From: Caecitellus pseudoparvulus
Lineage: Eukaryota; Protista; Bigyra: Bicosoecida
NCBI GenBank assembly: GCA_965644315.1
Contig: CBFFRQ010000198.1
Location: 448 to 64,447, forward strand
Length of the DNA: 64,000 bases
Direction: 5' to 3'
Numbering within the stretch: the stretch's first letter is position 1; the number at the start of each line of letters is the position of its first letter. Below are positions 1 through 11,178 of this stretch, piece by piece. Below the pieces are notes generated by a model. The model saw nothing but the letters and a program-made list of their open reading frames with translations. It was not told where the DNA came from and did not search any database. Both the position numbers and the translations under genes were made by a program.

Positions 1-1
1 G

Positions 2-1471
2 TTCAAAAATTCATATATTGGATTTAAAAAAGCAGTTGTTAAATTTCATCACGAAGAATTAAAAGAAAACGAATTTAATTTATTACCACCTCTTAAATTT
101 AAACCTGAACCATACGAACAAACATCAGATGATTTAAAAGAGAAAGTTGATTATTTATTAAAAAATTATTTCTTACGTGTCTTATCAAATGGAAACGAGG
201 AGAATTATAATTATTTAATTAAATGGATAGCTAATATGGTTCAAGGTAATAAAAATACGTCTATGATAGTTTTAAAAGGTCCTGAAGGTTGCGGTAAATC
301 TACATTAATTAGATTTATTGAAGATATGCTAGGGCTTAAGAATGTTATTAATTCATCATCTCAACCACTAATTGAAAAATTTAATATGGAACTAATGGCT
401 AAAGTTTGCGTATACTTTGAAGAACTCACAGGAGGAACAACAAGAGGACAAAAAGCAGCAGCAGCAGCAAGATTAAGAGATTATATCACGAATCCATATT
501 TAAACTATGAAGAGAAAAATAAAAACCCATTAGAAAACATTAAGAATGTTTCAAATTTTATTTCTCTATCAAATGAATATTACGCAATCAAAGACGACCA
601 AGGCAGACGATATTTTATTTTAGATATTGACTCAAGCTTATTAGGCAATAATGAATACTGGGATAATATTCATAATAATTATGTTCATAATGAAAAAATT
701 TCAAAAGCATTATTTAATTTTTTTAATAGTGTTGATATTTCAGATTTTCAACCACTTAAAATGCCTATAACTGATTCAAAAATTAAAGCTCATTTAAAAT
801 CTTTTGACCCTTATATATCATTCATAAGAGAAAAATATTTATTCAAAAATAAAGGAATAGATAAAATTAAATGTAGAGATTTATTTTTAAAATATGCCAC
901 CTATTATGAAAAGGTATATAAAGAAACTATAAACACTAAATCACGTAAAACATCAGTTTTTTTCTATGATAGATTAGAACATTGGGGAATAAAAAAATAT
1001 AATAAAAAATTAGACGGTCGTAATGTTTATAAAATTTCATTTGAGGAATTAAAGAAAATATCAGAAAACTATAAATGGAATTTCAAATCAGAATATGAAG
1101 ACGAAGAAGAAGATGAAGAAGAGGACGACGAAGAAGAAATAGATTTTCAAGAAGAAGAAACAGAAAATAACCAAAAACCAGATTTTAAATCTCAAGCGTT
1201 AAAATATAAAAAAATATGTATAGAACAAGCACAAGAACTAAAAAAATTAAAGGAAGAATTAAGAGCGTTAAAATTAAATATTATTAAAAAAGAAGAGGAT
1301 AAATACGAGGATGACAGCGAAGATGAAGACAGCGACGATGAAGAAGAGATAATAACTTTATCAGATAAACACCAGAAATTAAATAAAAGTTTAAGTAGTA
1401 TGACAGCAGATAAAATCTCTAAGAAATCTGAGAAACCAGAATCAGACGATTTATTTAAAATTTCAATATAA
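2..1471 (+). CDS. SF3/D5-like (primase-)helicase, 5'-truncated by window edge
   Basis: Frame is open from position 2 (FKNSYIG...YLIKWIANMVQ). Walker A GPEGCGKS, Walker B VYFEE, motif C ISLSN, DQGRRY arginine finger; acidic/coiled C-terminus. Confidence 0.88.
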   Translation, partial: FKNSYIGFKKAVVKFHHEELKENEFNLLPPLKFKPEPYEQTSDDLKEKVDYLLKNYFLRVLSNGNEENYNYLIKWIANMVQGNKNTSMIVLKGPEGCGKSTLIRFIEDMLGLKNVINSSSQPLIEKFNMELMAKVCVYFEELTGGTTRGQKAAAAARLRDYITNPYLNYEEKNKNPLENIKNVSNFISLSNEYYAIKDDQGRRYFILDIDSSLLGNNEYWDNIHNNYVHNEKISKALFNFFNSVDISDFQPLKMPITDSKIKAHLKSFDPYISFIREKYLFKNKGIDKIKCRDLFLKYATYYEKVYKETINTKSRKTSVFFYDRLEHWGIKKYNKKLDGRNVYKISFEELKKISENYKWNFKSEYEDEEEDEEEDDEEEIDFQEEETENNQKPDFKSQALKYKKICIEQAQELKKLKEELRALKLNIIKKEEDKYEDDSEDEDSDDEEEIITLSDKHQKLNKSLSSMTADKISKKSEKPESDDLFKISI

Positions 1472-1512
1472 GATTTTTAATATTTAAGAAAATAATTTTC
1501 TATACTCACTTA

Positions 1513-1761
1513 ATGAATATAGAAAATTCTTTAAAATCAGAATCAGGAGAAAAGAAAATTACACCATCCAAAGAACCAGAAAAAGTCAAAGAATATAATA
1601 AGAAATATTATGAAAAAAACAAAGACCGAATTTTAAAACAAATGAACCGGGTTATAAGGTGTGATATTTGCGAGAAAGATGTTAAATTTTATAATTACCC
1701 TAAACACTGCCGAGGATTAAAGCATAAACACTTAAAGATAATGAAAGCTTTTGAAAATTAA
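1513..1761 (+). CDS. Small zinc-finger protein
   Basis: CDIC...KHCRGLKH (C2H2-like) preceded by YNKKYYEKNK, a pattern common in virophages and giant viruses; TCTA motif upstream. Confidence 0.7.
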   Translation: MNIENSLKSESGEKKITPSKEPEKVKEYNKKYYEKNKDRILKQMNRVIRCDICEKDVKFYNYPKHCRGLKHKHLKIMKAFEN

Positions 1762-1803
1762 AAAAATATCTAAATAAAATATGTTTAAAGAAAAAATATT
1801 TTA

Positions 1804-1821
1804 TCTAGTATAATATATATA
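1804..1821 (+). promoter_or_regulatory. TCTA late-promoter-like motif upstream of polymerase
   Basis: TCTAGTATAATATATATA then ATG; near-identical leader at 15364. Confidence 0.7.
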
Positions 1822-3777
1822 ATGGCTCAACAACAAAAACCCACATTCACACAAAGTGAAAATATAGCAGCTAAGACATTTAAAGCATTCAACCAGAAAA
1901 CAAAGAAATATAAAGATGGAGATTTAAAAATATCTTTATTTGGAGTTTCTGATAATGACGAAAGCGATTATTTAAATTTTGATGATACAATCGATAACCC
2001 TGAAGATTTAAAATATTATTCTCAGGCAGTAAGAGAGCAATTAAAAGGGACAACAATAAAAACCACTCAAAATTATTTAAATGTATTATCTAAACTAGCA
2101 CAATATAAAAATTTAGATTATAATATAAGCGTTTTATTTTCTATCGGATGGCGTAATATTTCCAATGGTTGGAAGAATCCAGGACAAAGAATCAAAATAA
2201 AAGATTTTTTCAACCAATACAACGCACCAAATATTAAATATGTTTATGGTGTATGTATTACAACAAAACCACATATAGAACCAGAAGAAGCAGAAGCAGG
2301 GGCAAACAGTGAATATAACGATTGTTTATATTTATCTATCAGACGAGTAATAGGGCAAGACAGGATGAAACCTTTTACAACTGCAGGACGTTTAAAGAAT
2401 TTTTTAAATTTAGATAGAAAAGATAAAGTGCCATTAAAGGACATTTCAAAAATAGAAGATAAATTAAATATTAATATTAATGTTTATGGTTTTGAGAATC
2501 CTATTTTATCAACCAAATCTAACCCACAAACCGTTAATTTACAATACAAAGACGGACATTTAAAAAATAAATATAATAAAAGAAAAGGATTATCAGGAAT
2601 CAAAAAACATAAATCAGATTTAAAAATTATCATATATCAGGAAAATTTAGATTTCATTATTTATTATGATGGAATTACAGAAGAAAAGACCGATAAGATA
2701 ACTTTTTATAAAGACATCTATAAAAAACATTTTCATTTTTACCAATCCAACACAAAGAATGATATTAAATCAGAGTATGAAAAATATAAGAATGATATTA
2801 ACGAAATAAAAAAAGATGTTGATATATTAAAATTCAAATCAATCTCAGATTTTATTAAAAATGAATGTTATTATATTTCTCAAAAGTTAAACATTGAACC
2901 TTTAGAAAATCCATTAGAAATCCATTTTTTAAATAAATGTTTCAGTGGTGGTTTAATCCATTGTAAGAAAGGAAAATATAAAAATGTTAGATGTTATGAT
3001 ATTAACAGTCAATATCCCTATATTCTACAACATCAACATTTTTTAATGCCAACTAAAACAGGTAAATTTGAGAAATTAACAGAAACTCCAAAATTTTATA
3101 GATTTGGAATTTATAGAGCAAGAATAACAGGAAAAATAGACGATGCCTTATTTAATGTGAAACAATCTAATTTTTACACTAGCTATGAATTAACCAGAGC
3201 AAAAGAACTAAATTATAATATTGAATTAATCCAAGATGGAAGATATAATTTTTTATTCTATGATTCTAAAAGCCGTGTTAATGGTTCAATGGTGTTTAAA
3301 GATTATATTAAAAAGATGATAACATTAAAACAAACCTTTAAAAATAATCAAATCCCTAAGATGTTATTAAATCGTTTATGGGGTTTGTTATGTTCTAAGA
3401 ATTTTAAAATAACATCATTAAAAACATATAATCAAAGTATAAACAATATTAATTTTATCCATCCTTCTAATGATAATAAAGAATATGTAGTAAATTACAG
3501 CCCAGATAATCCATTTAATACCGATTTAAGCCGCTTAAGTTGCTTTCTCACAGCTAAAGGGCGTGTTTTAATATCTTCAATAATTGAAAAATACGTAAAA
3601 GACACAAGTAAAATATATAGAATTCATACAGACGGATTTATAACCGATAAAAACATTATCATTAATAAAATTAAAGGATTAGGGAAAGACGAATTAAGTA
3701 ATAATGAACTAGGAGGATTAAAAATAGAATATGAAAAAGATAAAATCAAAATAGTTAATGTAAATAAAATAATCTAA
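1822..3777 (+). CDS. Divergent protein-primed family B DNA polymerase (putative TP-vOTU-Pol, no recognisable exonuclease)
   Basis: FSGG pre-motif, motif A YDINSQYP, motif B KMLLNRLWG, motif C variant YRIHTDG, terminal LGGLKIE; N-terminal NDCL...DGH protease-like dyad. Confidence 0.8.
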   Translation: MAQQQKPTFTQSENIAAKTFKAFNQKTKKYKDGDLKISLFGVSDNDESDYLNFDDTIDNPEDLKYYSQAVREQLKGTTIKTTQNYLNVLSKLAQYKNLDYNISVLFSIGWRNISNGWKNPGQRIKIKDFFNQYNAPNIKYVYGVCITTKPHIEPEEAEAGANSEYNDCLYLSIRRVIGQDRMKPFTTAGRLKNFLNLDRKDKVPLKDISKIEDKLNININVYGFENPILSTKSNPQTVNLQYKDGHLKNKYNKRKGLSGIKKHKSDLKIIIYQENLDFIIYYDGITEEKTDKITFYKDIYKKHFHFYQSNTKNDIKSEYEKYKNDINEIKKDVDILKFKSISDFIKNECYYISQKLNIEPLENPLEIHFLNKCFSGGLIHCKKGKYKNVRCYDINSQYPYILQHQHFLMPTKTGKFEKLTETPKFYRFGIYRARITGKIDDALFNVKQSNFYTSYELTRAKELNYNIELIQDGRYNFLFYDSKSRVNGSMVFKDYIKKMITLKQTFKNNQIPKMLLNRLWGLLCSKNFKITSLKTYNQSINNINFIHPSNDNKEYVVNYSPDNPFNTDLSRLSCFLTAKGRVLISSIIEKYVKDTSKIYRIHTDGFITDKNIIINKIKGLGKDELSNNELGGLKIEYEKDKIKIVNVNKII

Positions 3778-3782
3778 AAATA

Positions 3783-3814
3783 TTATAAAGAATCTAATAA
3801 AAGATTTTTTATAA
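3783..3814 (+). terminator. 3' hairpin after polymerase gene
   Basis: TTATAAAGAATCT / AGATTTTTTATAA, 13-bp stem with one G-U pair. Confidence 0.55.
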
Positions 3815-5828
3815 TGTTATTTAATATGAACTTGAATAAATTGAAAAAACAGGATTTAAAAGAGTTTTTCAAATATCAATATGGAAAATATCCACCCTCA
3901 AATTTTAAAAAGAAAGATATTATAACAGTTCTAAGCCACGACATACAAACAGGGGCAGGAATAAAGGATTTTTTCAGAAGTAAAGCAAATTCAACATTTT
4001 CATTTTTAAAGAAAGGTTATAATAAGGTAAAAGATACATTTAAACCAGTTCAAAAAATAGAAGATACAATAACAAAGCCTTTTGATTATAGAACACGTCT
4101 AACGAATGAAAGCAGAAAAACACTAGAAGAAGTAGGCGATAAAGTAATTAATAACATAACAATTATTAGAACACCAGTAAATAAAACGTTAGTTAGTATT
4201 TTAGATACGTTATCATTTGGATATTTTAAACAATTAATGGAAAATCACGGATTCGATAAATTTTTCCATTTAGCCTTAGTTTTATCAATAGATGGGCGAT
4301 ACGTAATTTTAGAGAAATTAGCAGAGGTTAATATATCATTCAATTATAAGAAATCATATACAGAGCTTAGCGAATCAACAACAGTTGAAAACTATCAAGG
4401 AGGTTTAACATTAAATCAAATGGTGAATAAAACCCGTGAATTTATGGGCGATAAATTATTTTTTGATTATGACGCCTTCACTAATAATTGTCAAAATTTT
4501 ATTATGTCAGTATTAACGGCAAATGGACTTGACAACCAAAGAAATAAAGAATTTGTTTTTCAGGATATTAAAGAGATTTATAATGAATTAGAAAAGAAAG
4601 CGTCTTATTTATCACCTTTCGCTAAAATGACAACACGTTTAGGGGCTTGGTGGAATAAACTCACAGGAGCCGGAAAAAATCAAGCTGATATATTAACAAA
4701 AAAGAAACCAATAAACTATGGAATAGAAACAAACGAAATTATTAAAATGTTATCATTCAATTATAAAAATGTTGAGGTTATGGGCTCATCAGCTATTAAG
4801 GCTACTTTATATCCTTCAGATTTTGATTTATACGAAGTTGTAAAGGTAAAGAACTTAGAGGATTTAGAAAATAAATTTCAAGATAAAATATTAAAAATAG
4901 TTCAATCTAAAAATATATATTTAGGAGATGTTAAAATTGGAGTATTTCCAGAATTTAAAATTTTAAACAGATGATATATATGTATAAAAACGGGCGATTA
5001 ATAGGATATCAACCAAAAACAAATTAAGAAAGATATTAAAAGATAAATTATATTTTTTACCAAAACAAGAAAAACAAGAATTATTAAAACTCATTAAAGC
5101 AAAACCAACACCAGACGAATTAGATATTATAAAAGATAAATTAAGATATCATATATTAAGATGGACTCCAGACAGAAATATTGAGACGGTTATAAAGAAT
5201 TATCAACAAATAAATATATTAGTTTATTAGATGCTTTTAAAAGTGATGGATTATTTAAAGTTAGACGTTGTAGGATTTACCAGAAATAAATTTATTGACT
5301 TTTCCATAATCTACGAATTACGAAACGAGAAAACAAACAAACGAATAAATAATTTTATGGTTAATGTGAAAGATAATTTAAACGACCAAATAAGAACATA
5401 TAAAATAAAGGGTCAATATTTCAAAGCTCTAAAGCGTGAATTCTCAAAATTAAAACATACTTTCACATATACAAAAAATAAAGAAACCAAAGAAAAAGCA
5501 TTAAGAAGATTAAAAGAACTAACGGCATTTTTTAACGGTCAAGCAGGTATTATATATAGTGTTATTAATGATATTGAGGCGTTATTAAATGTTATAAAAT
5601 TATCTGAATCTGAATATTCAAGCAATGAAAAAATAATTAATGTTATTCAAAGTTTTATATATAGATTATCCAATATTTATTCAGTTAATGAATATTTAAG
5701 AAATGAAAAGAATATTTTATTAAGTATAAAAGCAATATTGAAAAATCCTGAAAATATGGAGGAAAACTTGGAACAATTTACAAAATATTTTATTTAAGAT
5801 ATTAAATAAATTTTCTAAATCTATATAA
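3814..5828 (+). CDS. Permuted papain-like domain fused to a Pol-beta-superfamily nucleotidyltransferase (virophage V21-like); frameshifted after ~4970
   Basis: FFHLAL (His 4267) and YDAFTNNCQNF (Cys 4489); then VMGS...SDFDL NTase motif (4783-4827). Downstream frames give YHILRWTP and KLDVVGF...DFSIIY, joining ORFs 3814..4974 and 5231..5797. End position inferred. Confidence 0.65.
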
Positions 5829-6449
5829 TGTCAATGAATAATAACGAAGTCAGAGAATTATTATTAAAACTAGAACAAAATAGAACTTTAGAAAATCAAA
5901 CCGGTGCTGGTTGTTGTGATGAAAGAACGGTAGGCGGTCAAGATTTATTACGGAGATATTAAAAACAAAGAAAAAACATTTGATGATATTAATTATAAGC
6001 GTTTAGATGGATTGTTAGGAAGTAATAGAAGCCTTAGAAAAACCACCAAAGAAACGAGGAGGCAGAGTTCAAGGCGATTTCTTCAACATGGTGGAGCTAC
6101 TGGAGGTGCTAAACTAGGTGAAGAATACGCCCGAGAATTACAAAAACATTTTAAGCATTTAGAAGGTGGTGAGAGCTTCTGGGATGGTTTTAAAAGAGGT
6201 TTCAACTCCGTGATTGAAGCCCGTAACTAAAGTTGTTAAAAGCTGTTGCACCTGTATTACCTTATGGCAACGTAGTTAAAGTCTGGTCTAGAAGCTGTAG
6301 GATATGGGAAAGCACCAAAGAAAAAACGCCAACCATCAGAAAAACAAAAGAACACGGGGACAACTAATTAAAAGAATTGATGCACGAGCACGGGTTAAGC
6401 TTTAGGTGAAGCCTCTCGCTATATCAAACAGAATAATTTAATGGATTGA
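5828..6449 (+). CDS. Basic virophage core-like protein, frameshifted
   Basis: ATG at 5828 with upstream TCTA. Pieces read MSMNNNE..., LEGGESFWDGFKRG, and a C-terminal RGQLIK.LMHEHGLS.GEASRYIKQNNL resembling a C-terminal motif I recall from virophage proteins. Confidence 0.55.
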
Positions 6450-6509
6450 AATACTTAAGATAAATATCTAAATAATATAATATTAAAAATTATTATATAA
6501 TTTATTATA

Positions 6510-8375
6510 ATGACAGAAAATAAATTTAATATCATTCCATAGCGAACAGGCAGAACGTATGCGACGCCAAGTTATGGACGAAGTTAAAACAAACCCAAAA
6601 TTATATTAATTATACATTAAGGGGGCAATTTCAAAACCAACCCAAGGGCACATCCTACAGGCTACTTTTAATACATATGTCTCAACATTCTTTTAATACT
6701 GCTAATTTATCACAAATGAAACAAACTAAAAATTTAATTAGGAGGAGCTCAAACAAGTAGAAGGACACAATTTAATAATGAATCAGTTAAAAAATAGAGC
6801 TCTACAATTAGAGCAATTAAGTGCAGGATTACCAGCAACAACAAAGACCACAACAAGCAGCACAAGAAATACCAGATACCGTCTCTACTTCTTTAGAATT
6901 ATTCTTTAGTTCTTTAACAAGTTCTGATTTTTCATTATCTTATATTTCATCAATGAATAAAGAAGCAAAACAGGCATTAGGAAACTTGAAGCAATACGGG
7001 CTAGATTTAGATAAACAAACATTAGAAAGATACGCACAAATTACAGAAACACATTTAGATAATTATTTAACTAATATAGATGAATTGTATTTAGGGCGTG
7101 ATATATTCGGCTCATATCTTGAAAATAGAGACGGAAAACAAGAAAGGAAAAGAGGCGATTTATATTTGGATTATTTAGAGCGTATTGATTATTACGAGGT
7201 TATTTTTAAAATTTATTTAACATTACAAGCCCTTATTAATAGTTTTGGAACTTCACCAGATACCAGAAAACAGGCATTTAACGAACAATTTAAAAATATC
7301 ATTATGGCACCTAAAAATAAAATATTTAATCCAGAATTAAAAAGAATTGATGATATTTTAAAACGTGGTTATAAATCATTAAAAGACGTAATAAATAAAA
7401 GTGCATATGATGAAATTAAAGAATACTTTGAAACTGACAAGAAACAGAAAAAGAACCCAAGCTTAAAAGATAGAGGAGAAGAAAGGGGATTAAAGGATTA
7501 TGAAGATATGAGAGAAGAAGAAAGGGAAGCAGAAAGGGAAGAAAATAAAAGAAAAAGGGCTATTGAAAAATTACTAAGAGACTTTGATAAACAAAATGAA
7601 AAGCTAAGAAAACATTTTAATAAGTTTGAGAATAAAAACAAACCATTAAAAAGCAAATCATCAATTAAAACACGTGAAAAAAGACTAAAAGCACTTGAAG
7701 AAATAATAGCGAAACTTCAAAACCTAGGAGTAGAAGCACCACCAATAGCACAACCAGAAGGAACACCACCAAAAGCAAAACCAGCGGCACCAGTAGCACC
7801 AACAGGGGAAGCAAAAGAAGCACCAAAACAAGCGGAAGATGGAGGAATACCAGAATTTAAGCCACCACCAGCAGCAATAGAAGAAGACTCAGAAGACGAT
7901 TTACCAGAAGCCCCACAACCACCCAGAACAAAACAGGCACAAACACCAGCAACACCAGCCCCAGCCGTTCCACCTTCTCCAGCTTCTCCACTTGATGCGA
8001 CAATACAGCGACTATATGACGATTTACAAAATAAAGAAAAACGATTATTAGACCATATAGATAAATACACGGAAGATGACGGAGCCATAACAAATAAGAA
8101 AGCAAGAAACCATAGAAAAGATTTAAGAAAACAATACAACAAAGCAAAAGGCAGATTATGAAGCACAAATAAGAGGAAGAGCAAGGGAAACACCAACAAA
8201 GCCACCAAGCGGGGCAGCTGCACCATATGATGATACAGACGGAACAGGAGAAGAGGATTTAACAGGGCAAGGAATGAACCCCGCAAAATTCACAACCAAT
8301 TTTTTAAAAGGTTCCGGACCAATGTTTAAACAAATAGAACAAATTTTTAAAGGTAAAAGGCGTTTATGGAAATAA
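6510..8375 (+). CDS. Large coiled-coil / Pro-Ala-rich virophage protein, frameshifted at both ends
   Basis: Clean core ORF 6821..8161. Coding-like sequence extends upstream to ATG 6510 (GGAQ...EGHNLIMNQLKNRALQL) and downstream to TAA 8373-8375, followed by a long hairpin. Confidence 0.6.
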
Positions 8376-8465
8376 AAGATTTACAAAAACATTAAAAAAC
8401 TTATAATAAAATATCTAGAAATTACAATATGATATATAGTTTTTTTAAGTTTTTGTAAATCTTTT
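8374..8465 (+). terminator. Long 3' inverted repeat
   Basis: AAAAGATTTACAAAAAC / GTTTTTGTAAATCTTTT is a perfect 17-bp stem, extendable to ~30 bp with small indels; starts at the stop codon. Confidence 0.7.
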
Positions 8466-8481
8466 TTTCTAAATCTTAATA

Positions 8482-9277
8482 ATGCCTAGTTTTGAATTAC
8501 TTGATTATAAAAACTCTAAATTAAAAAAGGATTATACACCGGTTGCCATTGTTAAAGGTGATGAAAACCACAAAGACTTTAATAAATTCTTATGTTTAAC
8601 CGATAAAAACACGGGTCATAAAAGTATAAAACTACCTGATGATTTAATTTTTAATATTCTCCCATCAACAAAAAGGGGAAAACGTGATATTTTCTATATT
8701 GCTGGTGCTTCTGGTTCTGGTAAATCATATCAAGCAAAAATTATTTGTAATAATTATCATAGATTAAATCCGGATTTGCCTATATTTTTAATATCTAAAT
8801 TAGAAGAAGACGAAACGTTGGACGAATTGGACTATATCCACCGTGTAGATATTGAAGATTTTATAGAAGAATTTAATATTAATAATGAAGATTTAGCGGG
8901 ATTCTATATTTTTGATGATTTTGAAACATTAGAAAAACCTATTTTAGATAAAGTTATTAAAATCATTGATGATATATGTATTATGGGGCGACATAATAAT
9001 TTAACACTTAGCCTATATCAGCACACAATCTAACAAACTATAAAAAAACGACGGTTAATTCTTAAATGAATCCAGCACATATTGTTATTTTTCCTCAAAG
9101 TCTTCCTCACCTCATCAATTAGGCTATTTATTAAAGAAATTATGGAGGATGTGATAAAGACGAAATTAAGAAACTTACGCAAAGCTTAGGCAGGTGGACT
9201 GTGTGTCTTATACAAATTATCCGAATTATATATTATCTTCAAATTATGCTTATCTTTTACATCAGGACGAAGATTAA
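8482..9277 (+). CDS. A32/FtsK-HerA-like genome-packaging ATPase, frameshifted in 3' third
   Basis: Walker A GASGSGKS, Walker B FYIFDD, MGRH arginine motif; downstream frames give TNYKK.R and end YAYLLHQDED-stop at 9277. Confidence 0.9.
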
Positions 9278-9316
9278 AAAATAATATATGATATTATTAT
9301 TATATAATATATTATA

Positions 9317-9903
9317 ATGAAAAAATCTAAAAAATCTGACCCAGAACATAACGAAGAATTAAGACAAGAACTTAAACGATATTATTTATCAAATAGTGAT
9401 TTAGAATATTTATTTAATGATGATACAAATATTATAAGTTATGATAAACTATATAATTATAGACATATTGACGAAATCTTCGATAAAAAGGGGCGTTGTG
9501 TGTTATTATATCTGACGTCTGACCCTAATGTCGGTCATTGGGTAGGCACTTAATTAAAAAAGGAAACATTATAGAACATTTCGACCCTTACGGACACCCA
9601 CCAGACACAGCAACGGAAAATTTAGAGGCTTATGAAGAAGTAGAAAAACAAACAGGACAAGACGAACCCCGATTATTAAGAATGATAGACCAGGCGGGGT
9701 ATGGTTTAGAATATAATAAATACCCATATCAAAAGAAAGGAGAAGGTATAGGAACTTGTGGCAGACACACAGCGGCACGATTACTTTTATATAAATTATC
9801 TTTAGAAGATTATAAGAAATTAATGAAATCATTAAAAGATAAGAATTTAAAAGACTTTGACGACGTAGTCACCAAATTTACATATGATTTATTAAAAAAA
9901 TAA
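9317..9903 (+). CDS. Adenain-like (C5/Ulp1-fold) maturation cysteine protease, one frameshift near 9545
   Basis: GHW (His), EHFDPYG (Asp), YQ (oxyanion Gln) and TCGRH (Cys), split across ORFs 9317..9553 and 9538..9903. Confidence 0.9.
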
Positions 9904-9938
9904 TTTTATTAAAATATTTTATCTAATATATATTAATA

Positions 9939-11083
9939 ATGTTAAATTCTACAATGTATCAAGACGATAAAAATATTTATTATAATATTGATATTATCAA
10001 CGGAAGAAGCACAAGCCAAGGCAAGATTAATGACCCTATTGCCAGTTTTTCAGAAACACGAGACGTGCCTTTAATTAATGATGCTAGTAAATATAAAATG
10101 TCTATTATTCGTTTTACTATGAATGGTATAAATGATTTACCTTTATTTATTCCAGTAATTGAAGAAGGACAAACAACCCCTAATAAAACCGTTTATAAAA
10201 TCACAGTTCAACATAATCATATAGGCGGGCAACGTATACGAATTTACACAGCCCGTTATTTGGGAAAGCAACGATAGCAAGCTTAACTGCACCTTCAAAT
10301 TTTGAAACACAAGGACAGGACGCAACACAAGAATATTACTACTGCCACACATACGACCATTTTATTAATTTGGTTAATACTAGCTATTACATATTCTATA
10401 GCACAATTAAACGCATTAATTAAAGTAGATTTTCCAGCATTTACAGATTTAATACGCCCTTTTATAGTATATAACAACGCAAATAAAAAATTTGATATTT
10501 ACTATCCCGCAGATAATGACGCCGGTTTTTCGTTTTATTTTAATTCAAATTTATATAATCTTATTGTCTCATTATCCGCACGAATACAACGATTTAGACG
10601 AAGTTAAACAATATAGAATTATCCCCCGTAATTATCAGGGTTTAAACTAGTATAACGTTAAATAGTGTAGATTATATTAAAATAGAACAGGAGGCGGTAA
10701 GTCTTAGGCACATATTGGAGCCCTATAAGTTCTATTGTTTTTACTTCTTCATTACTTACCTATTATATCTGAGGGTGTTTCTCAACCTATCAAATTTGGT
10801 AATTCTAACAATGCTAATGCCGTTTCTTCGGTTTCTAATTTTGAACCTATTATAACTGATATCAGCCTTAACTTTAGATGATGCTTATAATTACAAGGAC
10901 TTTTTATCCTACATTCCAGGGGCTGAATATCGTTTCGTATCTCTTACAAATTCTAACCAACCTATAAGGAACGTGAATGTGAATATTTATTGGAAGTATC
11001 GGCTAACAGGTCAATTAGTGCCTTTGAAATTATCCAACTTATCCAATATCTCTATGAAGTTTTTATTCCAGCCTAAATATTAA
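9939..11083 (+). CDS. Virophage minor capsid (penton) protein, multiply frameshifted
   Basis: N-terminus IYYNIDIIN...FSETRDVPLI.D.S.Y..SIIRF..NG..DLPLFIP and C-terminus IYWKYRLTGQLVPL...SMKFLF match the virophage penton pattern; lies directly upstream of MCP. Confidence 0.85.
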
Positions 11084-11163
11084 AAAATATCTAGTCTAAG
11101 ATTTTTAAGAGTATACGTGATTTTTTAAAATAAAAATATAAGGGTTTATTTTTAAAAATATTT

Positions 11164-11178
11164 TCTAAAATATATTAT
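11164..11178 (+). promoter_or_regulatory. TCTA late-promoter-like motif upstream of MCP
   Basis: TCTA in AT context, 11 nt before ATG 11179. Confidence 0.7.

Noticed and set aside
7717-8286. 189-aa hydrophobic/Gly-rich minus-strand ORF
   Set aside because: Antisense of the Pro/Ala/Lys-rich part of the + strand gene; no promoter motif.
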